In this document: one piece after another, positions 1 through 13,010 of the stretch | Numbering within the stretch: the first letter of the stretch is position 1 | Layout of the letters: each line of letters starts with the position of its first letter | Origin: Hemiscyllium ocellatum | Taxonomy: Eukaryota | DNA: 64,000 nucleotides | Reading direction: 5' to 3' | Assembly: GCF_020745735.1 (NCBI RefSeq) | Contig: NC_083409.1 | Span: 29,532,048-29,596,047 of the forward strand | Position numbers and translations under genes: made by a program | The notes under the pieces: model-generated | The model's database searches: none | What the model was told of the DNA's origin: nothing | The model's input: only the letters and a program-made list of their open reading frames with translations

Positions 1-309
1 GAGATTTAACGTATTGTGAAATCGTGCAAAGGGAAAGATTAGATGGAAGAAATAACCAATAGGGATCTGAGTGAATAAAATGCAAAAGGAAAGATTTGTG
101 CATGTTAAAGGAGTGGCAGTCTTACTCTGGCATTGTTGCATTCGGAATACAATACACTGAAGCATAAACATTTTGAACAAATGTTGAATTGAACCATCTG
201 TTAATTTTACAAATTATTTGCTAGCATCTGAACATAATGCAAAGACTTATTTCGAATGTGGGCCAATTTGATGATGTTGATAATGTCTAAATTTTATAAT
301 TTATTATCA

Positions 310-396
310 AGTCATAGAGATGTACAGCACAGAATCGGATCCTTTGGTCCAACTTGTCCATGCCGACCAGATATCCTGAACTAATCTAGTTCCATC
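310..396 (-). mobile_element. CR1 LINE 3' tail fragment
   Basis: gtcatagagatgtacagcac...gtccatgccgaccagatatcc matches the reverse complement of the CR1 3' end at 43545-43635. Confidence 0.8.
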
Positions 397-397
397 T

Positions 398-1030
398 TCT
401 CTACATCAGGGAGACCAAACGTAAACTCAGGGCACATTTAGCTGAGCATCTCAGCTGGGTCAGCAGGGACCAACCTGACTTCTCCAGTCACTGCCCATTT
501 TAATTCCACTTCCACTCCCTTTTCAATATGACAGTCCTTGGCCTCCTCCATTGACATAGTTAATCAGACCACGAATTGAAGGAACAATACCTCATCTTCC
601 ACCTAAGCAGCTGACAGCCCAGAGGATTTGATATTGAGGTTTCCAATATCAAATAACCTCCCTTCCCAGCCTCTTTCCCACCCACCCCCCTTTCCATTCC
701 TCTGATCAACCCTTCCTTCCAGCTACCAACTGGATTCATTCCTCCCATCTACCAACCAGTTTGTATCCTCTACCTGTGTTCACCTATNNNNNNNNNNNNN
801 NNNNNNNNNNNNNNNNNNNNNNNNNNNNNNNNNNNNNNNNNNNNNNNNNNNNNNNNNNNNNNNNNNNNNNNNNNNNNNNNNNNNNNNNNNNNNNNNNNNN
901 NNNNNNNNNNNNNNNNNNNNNNNNGAAACATTGACTTCTCCACCTCCTGATTCTGCCTGGCTTGCTGTGTTCTTTCAGCATCCTTCTTGTATATCTTGGA
1001 TTCATCAACTGCAATTCTTTTGTCTCCACC
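398..1030 (+). mobile_element. Penelope-like element 3' end (GIY-YIG endonuclease relic + pseudo-LTR), interrupted by gap
   Basis: Translates LYIRETKRKLRAHLAEHL...EQYLIFHL (GIY-YIG C-terminal half); after the N gap, gaaacattgacttctc...gctgtgttctttcagc is the pLTR tail. Confidence 0.8.
788..923. other. Assembly gap (N run)
   Basis: Run of N. Confidence 0.99.
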
Positions 1031-1077
1031 ATTTTTTGTGCAATTCATTCCATACACACACCACACTGTTTATGAAC

Positions 1078-1630
1078 TGTTGCCTCTTAGATCCCTTTTA
1101 AATCTTTCAGCTGTCATCTTAAACCTATGTCCTCTAGTTTTGGACTCCCCTAACCCTGGGGAAAAGACCTTGAGTATTCATCCTATCCATGCCAGTCATG
1201 ATTTCATAAACCTTAATAAGGTCACTCCTCAGCCTCCAATGCTCCAGGGAAAATAGGCACAGCCTATTCAGCCTCTCCCTATAGCTCAAAACATTCAACC
1301 CTGGCAACATCCTTGTAAATCTTTTCTGAACCCTTTCAAGTTTCACAACATTATTCCTAAAGTAGGGAGACCAGAACTGAACACAGTATTCCAAAAATGA
1401 TCTCACCAATGTCCTGTGCACCTGTATATGACCTCCCAACTCCTGTAGTTGGGGCATGCTTGCCTTTATTGGTCAGTGCAAAACATCTTCTTCACTACCC
1501 TGTCTATCTGTGACTCCACTTTCAAGGAATTATGAATCTGCACTGCCAGGTCTCTTTGTTTGTCAACACTCCCAGGACTTTACCAACAAGTGTATAAATC
1601 CTACCTTAATTTGCCCTTGTAGCACCAGAA
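1078..1630 (-). mobile_element. CR1 LINE ORF2 C-terminal fragment
   Basis: ORF 1134-1457 contains LEYCVQFWSPY...LERVQKRFTRMLPGL...YRERLNRL, the CR1 ORF2 C-terminus. Confidence 0.92.
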
Positions 1631-2384
1631 TGTAGTACCTTATGTCTTACATCATTATGCTGTGTCTCCTTTAGATTATCATCAGATTGTTTTATGAGAG
1701 TTTAAAATAGCTCTAGAACTGTAAATTTTAATTATTGGAAAACTCAGTAACTAGATACCCAAAATAATTGCATTTCTGTATTATTTAAGTGATTCAGCAT
1801 GTTTGGTGACACTCCCCTTTAAGGTTGTGACCTGAAATTGTGCAGATGTTTTGTTTTTGTTTTATAGCATAATTTAAGACTGAGCTTTACAAATCCAAAT
1901 ATTGTTAAGCAACCTATTTCGATACCCATAGCAGGTGGAACTTGAATCTCGACCTTCAGTTCCAAATATTGGACATTACTACTCTACCTTAAGATTCTTT
2001 AATAGACCTTAGACTTTATGACAGTGTTTAAGATCAGGGAATCATGAGTTATTTACCATCTGTGACTTTTCTGTAGTTGGAAGAATATTTGAGCTAACTT
2101 GAGTTGGAGAAGTCATGTCCGTCTCTACCTGAACTGTATAAACAACTTTTTGCTGGCTTCCGACTTATTCAGAATTGGGTCAAATTCACGAGCGGTATTT
2201 AATGTGATAGCTTCTTTGCAGGCTTGACTCTAAGTGAATTTGATTACTCAGTCCTTTTGAACTGTCCATACTTTTCAGAGCTACCTTTTGATTCCATTCT
2301 TAATTTCCCCAATCCATTGGATTGTACTTGGATTGTCTGCGAAAGACTCATTCTTAGCCATTTCCTATTTATCTCATACGTTTA

Positions 2385-2730
2385 TTCATTTGTGGCATGA
2401 GGACATTACTGGCTGGCCAGCATTTATTGTCTGTCCATGGTTGCCCTTGAGAAGGTGGTGGTGAGCTGCCTTCTTGAACCATGGCAATACATGTGCTGTA
2501 GGTGAATCCATATTGCTGCTATGGAGGAACTTCCAGAATTTTGACCCAGTGACAGTGGGTGATCTATTTACAAATCAGGATGGTGAGTGGCTTGGAGGGG
2601 AACTTGCAGGTGGTGGTATTCCCATGTATCTACTGTTCTTATCATTCAAGTTGGAAGTAGTCATGGGTTTGAAACGTGCTGTCTTGGGTGAATTTCTGCA
2701 GCATATCTTGTCGATAGTACACTCTGATGC
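2385..2730 (-). mobile_element. CR1-group LINE family B, 3' end
   Basis: ctggctggccagcatttattg...gcccttgagaaggtggtggtgagct is the reverse of the family tail at 24860-24955. Confidence 0.8.
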
Positions 2731-3269
2731 TATTTTGCACAGTGATGTCATCCTAATTGATGATTTATCTGCTGTACATGGGTTGTTGCCATCTTAGTTT
2801 TATTTTCATATTCACGTAAGCAACGTGATCGTTGCTATTAACTGCCAACAATTGTTGTTGCTGAGTAAAAATGATTTTCTGATTAAATTCATCATCTTCT
2901 GATAGATAGATCACCTGTACCCAAGCTCAAATCCATCAGGTTCTTTAATCTCTGCATCTGCGGTAATTTGCTCCTACATCTTTAATGGCTTATTTGGGTC
3001 AAATCTATTTGCAAGAAACCACAGTGTCTTGTTTGACTGTGATCTCAGTTTTATACACCATCTCAAATCCATTGTTTAGATCAAAATATCACTCATTGCT
3101 ACCCATCTCTCAATGTTATCTTTAAAATGATGAACAACTGCATTACTTCATGATCAACCTCATGATGCTGGTCTAACTAGTAATTGTTAAAAGAAGGTTG
3201 AGTACAATTTTCTCTTGTTGGGATTTTACTTATCCTATTTGATTGCTCTTTTATATTTAAAGGACAAAT

Positions 3270-4010
3270 CTTGGGCTGTCAAGTTGAAAATTACATTTGT
3301 GCCACATATATGACAGGCAGTGACCATCTTTAACAACGCAGAATCTAACCATCACCCCTTGATATTAATTGGGATTACCATCACTGAATCCCTTACTCTT
3401 AACATTTTGTTGGTTACCATTGACCAGTATACGTAGCACAGGCTTTCAGCAGCCAAAGAAAACTCAACCACAGGACTTTTCATGCAAGCTGATAACAAAC
3501 TTTAACATAAAACTGTAGACACCAACTGAATTGAATCAGTTTGCTGAAAAGGGAGAATCTAAACAATGCCACTTGACATTCAGTAGCATTACCATCATTT
3601 ATTCCACCTCATCAACATATTACCATTGACCAGAAATTGAATTGTATTCACCATATAAATATTGTGGTGACCAGAACAGGTCAGAGGCTGGGAATCCTGC
3701 AACGAATAACTCATTGCCCAATTCCCCAGTGTCTGTCCACCATCTGCAAGGCACAAGTTGCCATCTTGAAAAAGGTCATTAGACAATCCCTTCCAAATTT
3801 ATGACCACTACCATTGAAAAGGATTAGGGCAGTGGCTACATTGGAAAACCACCACCTGTGAGTTCCCTTCCAAGGCACTTACCATCCTGACTTGGAAATA
3901 TATCGTCATTCCTTCATTAAAGGGAGCTCACCACCACTTTTTCAAGGGCATCTAGAAATGGGCAACAAATGATGACTCAGCCAGTGATGTCCACATTGCA
4001 TGAATAAATT
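3270..4010 (+). mobile_element. CR1-group LINE family B, two decayed fragments with 3' tail
   Basis: Similar to 24230-24955 (accattgaccagaaa, ccaccatctgcaaggcacaag, tail gggcaacaaatg...cacattgcatgaataaa). Confidence 0.75.
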
Positions 4011-4404
4011 TTAGGGAAGGCTAAGGAGAAGCAGAATAAGCAATATATTCTGCATACACACGTGATGGAACTGAACAACTGAGCACATTCCACCTAGAAG
4101 GATATTGTGAAATATTAGTTTTTGTAATTCATCAATTCCTGCTATACAATTCCTATTCAGTGTATAGAAATGCACTTATTGCACAAGATGATACACAGGG
4201 ACTAAATACAAGACCTATCCTCCAAGTTTTTCTTTGACTACTTCTGGCCGTGAAGACTTTTCAAATAAGTAAATTGTTGAAGTGGAATGTTTTCTTATTT
4301 CTGAGTAACAACTTTTTCTGTGGAGTACTCCCTCACTTTTGCAATCTTCGAAATTATGATTGAAGTGAAGCATCTTGCTGAAGAATACATTTTGAGTTTT
4401 ACTT

Positions 4405-4870
4405 GACCATAAAGCCATAAAACCATAAGGTATAGGAACAGAATTAGGCCATTGTGTCAGCTCCACCATTCAATCATGGCTCATAGTTTCTCAACCCATC
4501 CTCCTGCCTTCTCTTTTGATACCTTACTAATCAAGAACTTATCTACCTCTGTCTTAAATATACTTAATGAGTTGGCTTCCACAGCCTTCTGCAGCAGTGA
4601 GTTCCACAGATTAACCACGCTCAGACTGAAGAAATTCCTGCTCATCTCAGTTCTAAAGGTTTGTCCCTTCATTCTGATGCTGTGCCTTCAGGTCCAAGTC
4701 TCTTCTACTAGCAGAAAAATTTTGTCCATGTCTAATTTTTCCAGGCCTCTCTTTGTTCTGTATCAAATCACCCTCATCCTTTTTCACTCCATCAAGTATA
4801 GATCCAGACTGCCCCCATATGACAAACCCTTCATTTTTGTAAGCTTCTTCTGGATTCCCTTCAAATTGTC
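4405..4870 (-). mobile_element. CR1 LINE 3' end
   Basis: ORF 4481-4672 has RTEMSRNFFSLSVVNLWNSL; short tandem tail repeats ccataa at 4407-4428. Confidence 0.88.
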
Positions 4871-5751
4871 TTCAATTTCTTCTGATAGGAGTGTAAATCC
4901 TATTCTTAAAACAAGTTACAGACCCTGATTAATATCTGACCTTTAACCTGGAATTAAAATTATATCCCCTGAATCCCAAACACTAACATGCTCTCACTGC
5001 ATAAAAAGGCAACGGACTCTTCAGTGATGATGCTTTTAAAACATTAAGGCAAAAGAAAAAATATAACTGTATTAGCCAAGTCTGAAAACAACAGAATGTG
5101 ATAGCTTCTTATGGTCCATTGAGATTCCTGTCAACAAAATCGAATTGATGTAGCTGTGGACTGATGGAAGGTCTTCTAAACAACTTTGATTTGGGCAGAA
5201 CTAAAACTGGTACCAAATCTTTGGAAAATGGTCACCACTCAGAATTTTAAAATTTACAATGCAGTCAAACCATGGAGGTTGAGAAAACTTGTCAGGTTCA
5301 CAGGATATTTTAACTAGTAGAGAATTTAAGGATAGGGAAACTTGCTTTTACTGCAAGTCTTTGGAAGATTTTCCATTTTGATGATATAGATCCAAAAACC
5401 AGCAAACCAAGTGCAGAAAGGGTTGCTAGGCAATAATGAATACAGACGCCTCCATTGTGTTTCAAATTAAGGTTTTGTGGACCTTAAACGCAGTAAAGCT
5501 AGTGCCTCTTATCTCTCTCAAAAACTTTTTCCAAAATTGCTTGAGTCATTGTAACTAGCAGTTAACTACAGCTCACATTAAACATGATTGTTGCTGAAAA
5601 AATACATTTTTTTGTTGAAACTTTTCATCTTGTGCTCTTAGTATCGCCAATCACAGTCATTGTACCTGGTTTAAAATTTAATCAAAGTCTTGCTGTTAAC
5701 TGTCACTAAATATTTATGACTGCATTCTCCATGAGCGCACCTCTACCAATC

Positions 5752-6230
5752 GGGGCAACTCAGTGGCACAGTGGTAAGACCATAAGACATAGGAGTGGAA
5801 GTAAGGCCATTCGGCCCATCGAGTCCACTCCGCCATTCAATCATGGCTGATGGGCATTTCAACTCCACTTACCAGCATTCTCCCCATAGCCCTTAATTCC
5901 TCGAGACAACAAGAATCTATCAATCTCGGACTAAGCATTGCTGCCTCATAGCACCAGGAACCCAGGTTCGCTTTCAAACTCGGGCAACTGTCTGTGTGGA
6001 GTTTGCACATTCTCCATTGTTTGCGTGGGTTTCCTCCAGGTGCTCCGGTTTTCTCCCACAATCCAAAGATGTGAAAGTCAGGTGAATTGGCCACGCTAAA
6101 TTGCCCAAAGTGTTCAGGGATGAATAGGTTAGGTGCATGAGTCAGGGGTAAATATAGGGGAATAGATCTGGATGGAATACTGTCTTCCATGTGGACTTGT
6201 TGGGCTGAAGGGCCTGTTTCAACACGGATT
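5752..6230 (+). mobile_element. HE1-type V-SINE, interrupted by a CR1 tail
   Basis: tRNA-like head (gtggcacagtgg...ggttcg), V-domain ctgtgtggagtttgcacattctcc...gtgggtttcctcc, CR1-like tail gttgggctgaagggcctgtttc. Confidence 0.88.
5779..5931 (-). mobile_element. Young CR1 3' tail inserted in the SINE head
   Basis: taagaccataagacatagg...aggccattcggcccatcgag with CpGs intact; flanked by TAAG at 5775-5778 and 5932-5935. Confidence 0.85.
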
Positions 6231-6512
6231 CTAATTCAGTCAGAGTCCACTTTTCACTTGCAGGATAAATGTTGGTTTTCCTTGAGAATTGGTATCCTTG
6301 CAAATTGCCCTGGTGAACGCAGAACAAAAAACTTAAGAAAATGCAACATTTTAGCTCTGTATTACCAATTGACTGTCTGTGTGCATTAAACTGTATAATT
6401 AATTTCTAGAAAATTACATGGTAATCCCTCTTCAAACGTGAAAATATCCAAACAGCTGCATCTTTTCCAGATTTTTATTACTTGTAAATATGCATTCCCA
6501 ACAGTAGTAATA

Positions 6513-6672
6513 CGAAACAACCTTGATTATCCGAACATCAGTTATCCGAATTTTGGATTATCCAAACAAGATCTCAAGATCCCAATGCTTGGTTAAACTT
6601 TGTTATTTAAACATTCGATTATCCGAACAAAAGACTCCCTGCCTTTGTTGCTCAGATAATTGAGTTGCCCTG
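6513..6672. mobile_element. Tigger/pogo-like (Tc1-mariner) MITE
   Basis: TA flanks; imperfect terminal inverted repeats (caaccttgattatccgaac vs gctcagataattgagttg..ctg); internal repeats of ttatccgaa. Confidence 0.7.
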
Positions 6673-6714
6673 TATATGGTTTAGGAGAACCAGTGTGAAA
6701 TAGCTAGATTTGAA

Positions 6715-7080
6715 GGGTGCTTTTAAGGGAAGGACATAATTGCTATAGAAGTGCAGTGCAGGTTTTCTAGACTGATTTCTGAGATGGCAGGACTGACGTA
6801 TGAGGAAATATTGAATTGGTTAGGATGATGTTTGCTGGAGTTTAGAAGAATGAAGCTGATAAAATTATAACAGGGCTAGACAGGGTAGGTGCAGGCAGAT
6901 TGTTCCCAATAATGCAAGCTGGGGAGTCCAGAACCCGAAGTCACAGTCTCAGGACAAGGCTTGACCATTTAAAGGTGAGAAATTTCTTCATCCAAAGAGT
7001 GATGAGCCAGAGGAATTCATGACCGTAGAAAGTAGTCAAGGCCAAAACAGTGTGTGATTTTAAGGTGGAGTTGGTGGTTT
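6715..7080 (+). mobile_element. CR1 LINE ORF2 C-terminal relic
   Basis: Decayed LEEVQCRFSRLI...YEE.L..L...LEFRRM. Confidence 0.8.
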
Positions 7081-7597
7081 TCCTGTTTGAAAAAGTACAC
7101 AAAGTTTCGAGGAACATCCCATATTAGAACACACTGACTGGATAACAGGAAAGGGAAGGTTAACATCCTGAGCGTACAATGTCTGGAAGGTTATGCATTG
7201 AGCTAAAATGGTTATTGCATGTGATGTCACTCATAAATCTGGGCATTGTTATATTTAGTTTAACTGAAATGCCTCATTGAGTCGACTGCATTGTTGAAAA
7301 TGTTAGGTGGGGACTGTTTTGGACACAAAACATTTTTAGTCCTTGGGTGGGGGGAGGCAGTGGGAAATAGCATTGTCAGCGTCACTTATCATGCAAGGAA
7401 TTCCATCTACACTATACTTTATGAATCAGTCCATGTTGAAATGCAGCCTTTGAGGTAAGAAGAGAGTCGGGATATAAAGCAATGCTGTTTCTTCCTGTAC
7501 CACCTCCACCTGGACACCAGTTTACTGTTTCTCGTCGATGTGAACTGGCCACTTAAAGGTATGTAACATTAGTATGTGGTGACTGCTTTCTTGTTTC

Positions 7598-7905
7598 GAT
7601 TAGATTAGATTCTCTACAGTATGGAAACACGTTCTTCGACTCAACAAGTCCATACTGACCCTCCGAAGGCTAACCCATCCAGATCAATTCTCCTACCGTA
7701 TATTTACCCCTGACTGAAGTACCTAACACTCTAGGCAATTTAGCATGGTCAATTCACCTGACCTGTACATCTTTGGACTGTGGGAGGAAACCCATGTAGA
7801 CATGGGGAGAATGTGCAGACTCCACACAGACAGTTGTCCAGCGCTGGAATCGATCCTGGGTGCCTGGCGCTGTGAAACTGCAGTGCTAACCACTGAGCCA
7901 CCCAT
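7598..7905 (-). mobile_element. HE1-type V-SINE
   Basis: (gatta)n tail, reverse V-domain ggagaatgtgcagactccacacagacag, head gtgctaaccactgagccacc. Confidence 0.9.
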
Positions 7906-8394
7906 CTTGAATGGTTTCAATCACTTGACCAATCTTAAATGCTTCCCTTCAGTACGTTTAATTGGACAAATATGAACTGCAACCCCAGATTGTACTGTTC
8001 TGTTGAGTTCCAGGGCTCTGCAGAACTTGTGCTGATACAAACCAGCATGTTAATTAAATTGAGATTTTAAATTTTCGAGTTCTGTTATGAAGCATAAGAC
8101 TATTTTATTCCATCATGCAAATATGTTATAAATATTAGATACCATTAGGTGAATGATTTTCTAATTTTCTATTAGATATAAAAGTTAACATTGGAAAAGT
8201 ACTGATACTTAGCTGAAATCCATTGCAGAATAGTTAATTAATTAGTTAACAGTGTGAATGAACACAAATGATTTTACTTTTCGTGTTTTTGAAATCACTG
8301 CTCCCTCCAAATATCTGATTGGAGAAAAGTCTCTTACGCACTCAATGAATTATCAAAATGGTGCACTTTTTTATCTGTAAAATAAAATAATTGA

Positions 8395-8500
8395 GAATTT
8401 TGTGTTTTACAGCAATGACTGCATTCTGAAAGTACTTTATTGACTGTGAAATGCTTTGTGACATCCTAAGGTTAGGAAAGAAATATAATTGCAAGATTTG
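8395..8500 (+). mobile_element. DeuSINE 3' tail relic
   Basis: acagcaatgactgcattctgaaagtactttattgactgtgaaatgctttgtgacatcctaagg resembles 54410-54510. Confidence 0.55.
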
Positions 8501-10599
8501 TTAAAATTGTGATTTTAATATGAGGAGGGACGGTTTTAATATATGGTTGAGCACAGTTTATTCAAATAATTCTCTATTGTTTGCCTGCCTTGATTAGTTC
8601 ATCAATCCCACAGCAGAAAAGAGTCTTGCTGCTTGGCTGCAGTGCACATCTCCAATATACTGTACTGGTTCTCTATAAATTCCTGTACTTCTGGAAACTT
8701 TTTGATAATTTCTAAAGTTTTAGTATTTGTGTTAAAAGCAAGAATCCAGTGCTTTAGAACTAATTTTATATGTAGCGTTGTAGTCGATGATGTGTTGAAA
8801 ATAATGTCTCATTTTAGGAGTTTACTCCAGCTGTAGGATTTTGTGTAATATAGTTTTGCAGTTGTGCAACACTGGAAAATGTCTCTTGTTTTCTCTTTGT
8901 TTCACATGAGAAACATGTTATGTTGTATTGTTTGTAGTTACAACTTGAAATGAAGAATTGTTTTATTGAAACCTGCAATTTTGAAGCCCACATGAATTTT
9001 ATTGCACCCTGGAATGACAACATCTTTTAAAAAGCAGGAAACCTTCCCATCAATTATATACAGGCTCAGCTTAATACCACCAGGATACGATTTTTCTTCT
9101 GCTATTTGTAGTTATTTCCTCAAATTGCACGTTCGTGTTTTCTCACCTATATCTGCTGTTCACTGAGGTGTGTGAAATACTTTTATTAGATGAAATCACA
9201 TATTTTAAGAAATGTGAAGTTCAAATAAGGTATTTCTTTCTGTGCAAGTAGTTAACTGTGGACAATTGATGGTCTTTTTGTTTTTTTTTGCAGGGAAATC
9301 TTGCTGACAGACAAATGCAGCCATGACACTATGTTCCCATACTATAATTAGAAATCTCAGGCCACATGCTGTTGTATAATGGCAAAATCTTTGACTTGGA
9401 GTTGACTGTGCCACCTCATGTATTATGTATTTTGTTGGATATTTTATCCCTGGAGGCTTCAGTGTTTGGGAGCATTCACTAGTGTTTGTATGCAAGTCTA
9501 ACCTGTTGCATATTTTTCTGTCATGATGTTTGAGGTAAAAGCTAAGATTCTGCATTTTGCTGCTATCTTTGACTAAACAGATAAATTGTTTTGTGCTGGG
9601 GAGATTTGGGATTTAATGATCGAACAGCTCTCTGGGGTTCACGGATTAGTTGAGTGACATAGATAAGGAATATCTCATATTTGAAGTCCAATTAATTATG
9701 TTCAGTTGATCTTAGCCGGAGTAGTTCAAGCAGTTTTCGTCTGGTTTTGAGTGGGAAAAACCATAGAGTCTGTCTTGGCGTATCCTTATTGAGATTATAT
9801 TGAGTTGGGCATCAGGTGATGGAACTTACTGTGAAATAAACTGCTGATGTTTGATCTAACACTGAAATAAATAATGTTGCATGGCCAAGATATCAAATGG
9901 TTACAGGCAAGGAAATTTAAACTTTGTCAAGAGGAAAGAAACAATTCCTTATCTGTATTTTGACAACCATGTGTTCGATCAATGATAGAAGTTCAAAAAG
10001 AATTCTTTTTGACAAAAATCATGATTTTTGTTTTATTACCTTCACCTTTTAAACCACGCAAACCCAGCTTGGTAATATTTCTATTGTGTGAGGTGTTTTG
10101 ATCTTGGCGTTATCTTCCTCATCATGGAAGGAATTCATGTGCTTAGTAAATTAAACGTCGAAATGTCTAAATCATAAGCCTGTATCTGCAACCTATATCA
10201 GTGCCTGCGAGTTCAGAATTGAATCATGATCCATATCTTTGGTTGGCAAATCAATTTTGAAAAATAAAGTGGGAATATAGGACCACAAATTTTTTGTATT
10301 TGAATTTGTTCAGTGACAAGTTTGAACAAGAATAAACCTGCCTTGGTAAGAAGATGAATGCAAATTTATCTGACGAAACACACCAGGCAGTGGAAAATTG
10401 TGTGCTCTTAACTGTGCTTGTAAATCCAGTATACTTGGAAGGGAGCAAGCATTAAATGCTGCAAATACTAAGTAGTATATGTGGAGAGAGAAACAGAATT
10501 AATGGTTCAGTTTGATCCTCTGAATGCTTCTTTACAGACTGACTGCTGTGTTGATTTTGAAGTATTGTCAGAACATTGAGGGTGTGCTAAGTACTAATT

Positions 10600-11420
10600 T
10601 TCATTCTCTTGTGGAATATGGCTGTTGCTGTTTGGTCAGTAGTTATTGGCAGTCCCCAGTTAACCTTGAGAAGGTGGTGGTGAGCTGCTACTGTAGTCCA
10701 TGGTGAGCTGTCGGTAGAACCACAGTTCTCTTAGGGAGCAAATTCCAGGATTTCCTCTCTGCAATAGTGGAGCATTAACGGTATCTTTTCAAATTAGTTT
10801 TGTGAATGGCTTGGACAGGAAATTGCAGGTGATGGCGTTCCTATATATCTGTTCCTTTGTCCTTCTAGATGGAAATGGTTGTGGGTTTGGACAGTGTCGT
10901 CTAAGGATCTTTGGTAAAATTCTGCACTGCATCTTTTAGATTGTGTACACAGCTGCATCTGAGCATTAGTGGTGAAGAGCGTGGGTGCTTGTGGATGTGG
11001 TGCCAGTCAAGCGTGTTGCTTTGTTTTGGATGATGCCAGGTTTCTTGAGTGTTGGAGTAGCAGCACTCATCCAAGCAAGTGGAGAGCATTCCATCACATT
11101 CCTGACTTGTACCTTGTAGAGGGTGGAGAGACTTGGAGGAGTCAGGAGATGAGAGTTTCTTGCTGCAGTATTCCTAGCCTCTGACCTGTTCTTATAACCA
11201 CTGCATTTGTATGTGTTTATCTGAGTTTCTGGTAAATGGTAGCCTCCAGGATGTTGATAATGGGGGATTCCTTATCATTGGTGATGCCACTGAATGTCAA
11301 GGGATGGTAGTTAGATTGTGTTGTATTGGCAACAGTTGATGCCTTGCATTTGTCTGGTGCAAATGTTGCTTGCCGCTTGTCAGCCGTAGGCTGGATGTTG
11401 TTCAGGTTTTGATGCATTTG
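10600..11420 (-). mobile_element. CR1-group LINE family B, 3' ~800 bp
   Basis: Colinear reverse similarity to 24200-24955. Confidence 0.82.
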
Positions 11421-12914
11421 ATCATAGAAAAAAAATGCAATTCCTTTGTTTCATTCTCCAAAGGATTTACTTGCGTAATGCTTTGGTTGCACATTAATTT
11501 GAGGTGTTTTAAACTTTAAACATGGATAATAGTATCAGTGATTGTTTCTTGATTGCTCTTGTAGAGCTGTAAGAATGTTCAGCGATTCTTTGCACTAGCA
11601 ATAAATGGGTTTTGGTGACCTTGAAATTTTGTTGTCTCTTGTCACATATTTCTGATCCAAATCTCAGAATGAGCTAAATTATTTGCATGTTGATCTTCTC
11701 CAGTTTGGCGATAGCTGATTTGAGGTTAAGGGGGCTTTTGCATCAGTATTTCTCTACATATTACTTCAAAAGCTTTTTGATTGGTCAAACTCCAATGTAG
11801 TAGATTGTTACTTGTAGGTAGTTATAGGTTAATCATACTGCCCAGTTAAATGGGAGAGTGGGTCAATTGATGGAGTCAAGAAGGAAACACTTGCTTATCT
11901 GTGTTTTGACAAGCGCCTGAGAGGTGAATCAATGATAGACAGACAGAAAATCAAAAAATATTATTTTTGTCAAAGTCATAACGTTTCCTTTTATTAGCCC
12001 ACCTTTTGGCAAGTGAACCCAGAAACTAAACCTAAGTTATTGGAACAGATAGCCTTAGCTATTGCTGAATGGTGGAAATCTTCAAAAGCTAATTTAGTTC
12101 TGAATAGTCACCTCTCTGTTTTGACTATCAGTCTTTAAATAATGCAAGCCATTTTCTCACCAGTATTATGACAGCTGGGATAAAGAAGAATGCCATTTCC
12201 TCTGGCAATGTGTGTAGAATGTCATCTTAGATTAAGAGCTTATCCTTATTGAGCAGTTGTGACATAGTTCAAATGCTGAATGAATTTGAGTGCTGCAATC
12301 CATTTGTGTCATGCTGAGTTGAGATGGAGCTTTACATCTATGATTTTTAAAAGCTAAATACCTGGTCTCAGTTGAAGCCTCAGCCTAAACCAAGAACTTT
12401 TCAGTGATGATTTTAGTCAAGTCAGATGTTATGATTTCTTCTTGAGCTTTCTTGACCATTGCCTAGAAGAACCATGTCCAGTAACTCGATTCTTGGTTGA
12501 CTCCTGGTGCTTTGCTGAATGTTGTTTGGATGAGTAGTGAATGCAGGTAAGAAAAACATTTTGTAAATTTTGAATGACAATTTGTCACGAAAACAATGTT
12601 GATACATGCTCTGTTAGAAGTATCATTTATGCTTAATTTTCAAAATAAACTACATGTTGGGACATGCTCTGTTACTTGCTTCAACTAGTTTAATATTTTT
12701 ACAACACTGCATATGGAAGGTCATCCGACATAATTACATTCACAAAGACTTGTGGATTTATTCTTGAAATGATCTTATTCTGAAGTTGATGACATTTTTC
12801 AAGGTGTTGCACATTCAGCATGCAATCCTGCCGGTGATATTGGGACCATTTGATTGCTGAGAAAGAGAGTGTAGCTGTTCTTTTTTCACAGATTGACTGC
12901 AAAATGTGTAGTTG

Positions 12915-13010
12915 GCCCTGTTGTGGCACAATGTATTGTCTCTACTCCTGGACTGAGGGACCCAGGTTCAAGTCCCACCCCCTCCAGAGGTGAGCAATAA
13001 CATTGGTTAG
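12915..13010 (+). mobile_element. tRNA-derived SINE head
   Basis: A-box-like gtggcacaatg and B-box ggttcaagtcc. Confidence 0.5.

Noticed and set aside
770-1066. ORFs spanning the N run
   Set aside because: Artefacts of the assembly gap.
3330-3640. Apparent tandem duplication
   Set aside because: Two diverged, overlapping fragments of the same LINE family.
5752-5990. tRNA genes (also 12915-13010, ~1920-1990, ~22120-22200)
   Set aside because: A/B-box heads of SINEs; no full cloverleaf.
6520-6630. CRISPR-like short repeats with spacers
   Set aside because: Irregular spacing, very short unit, eukaryotic MITE context.
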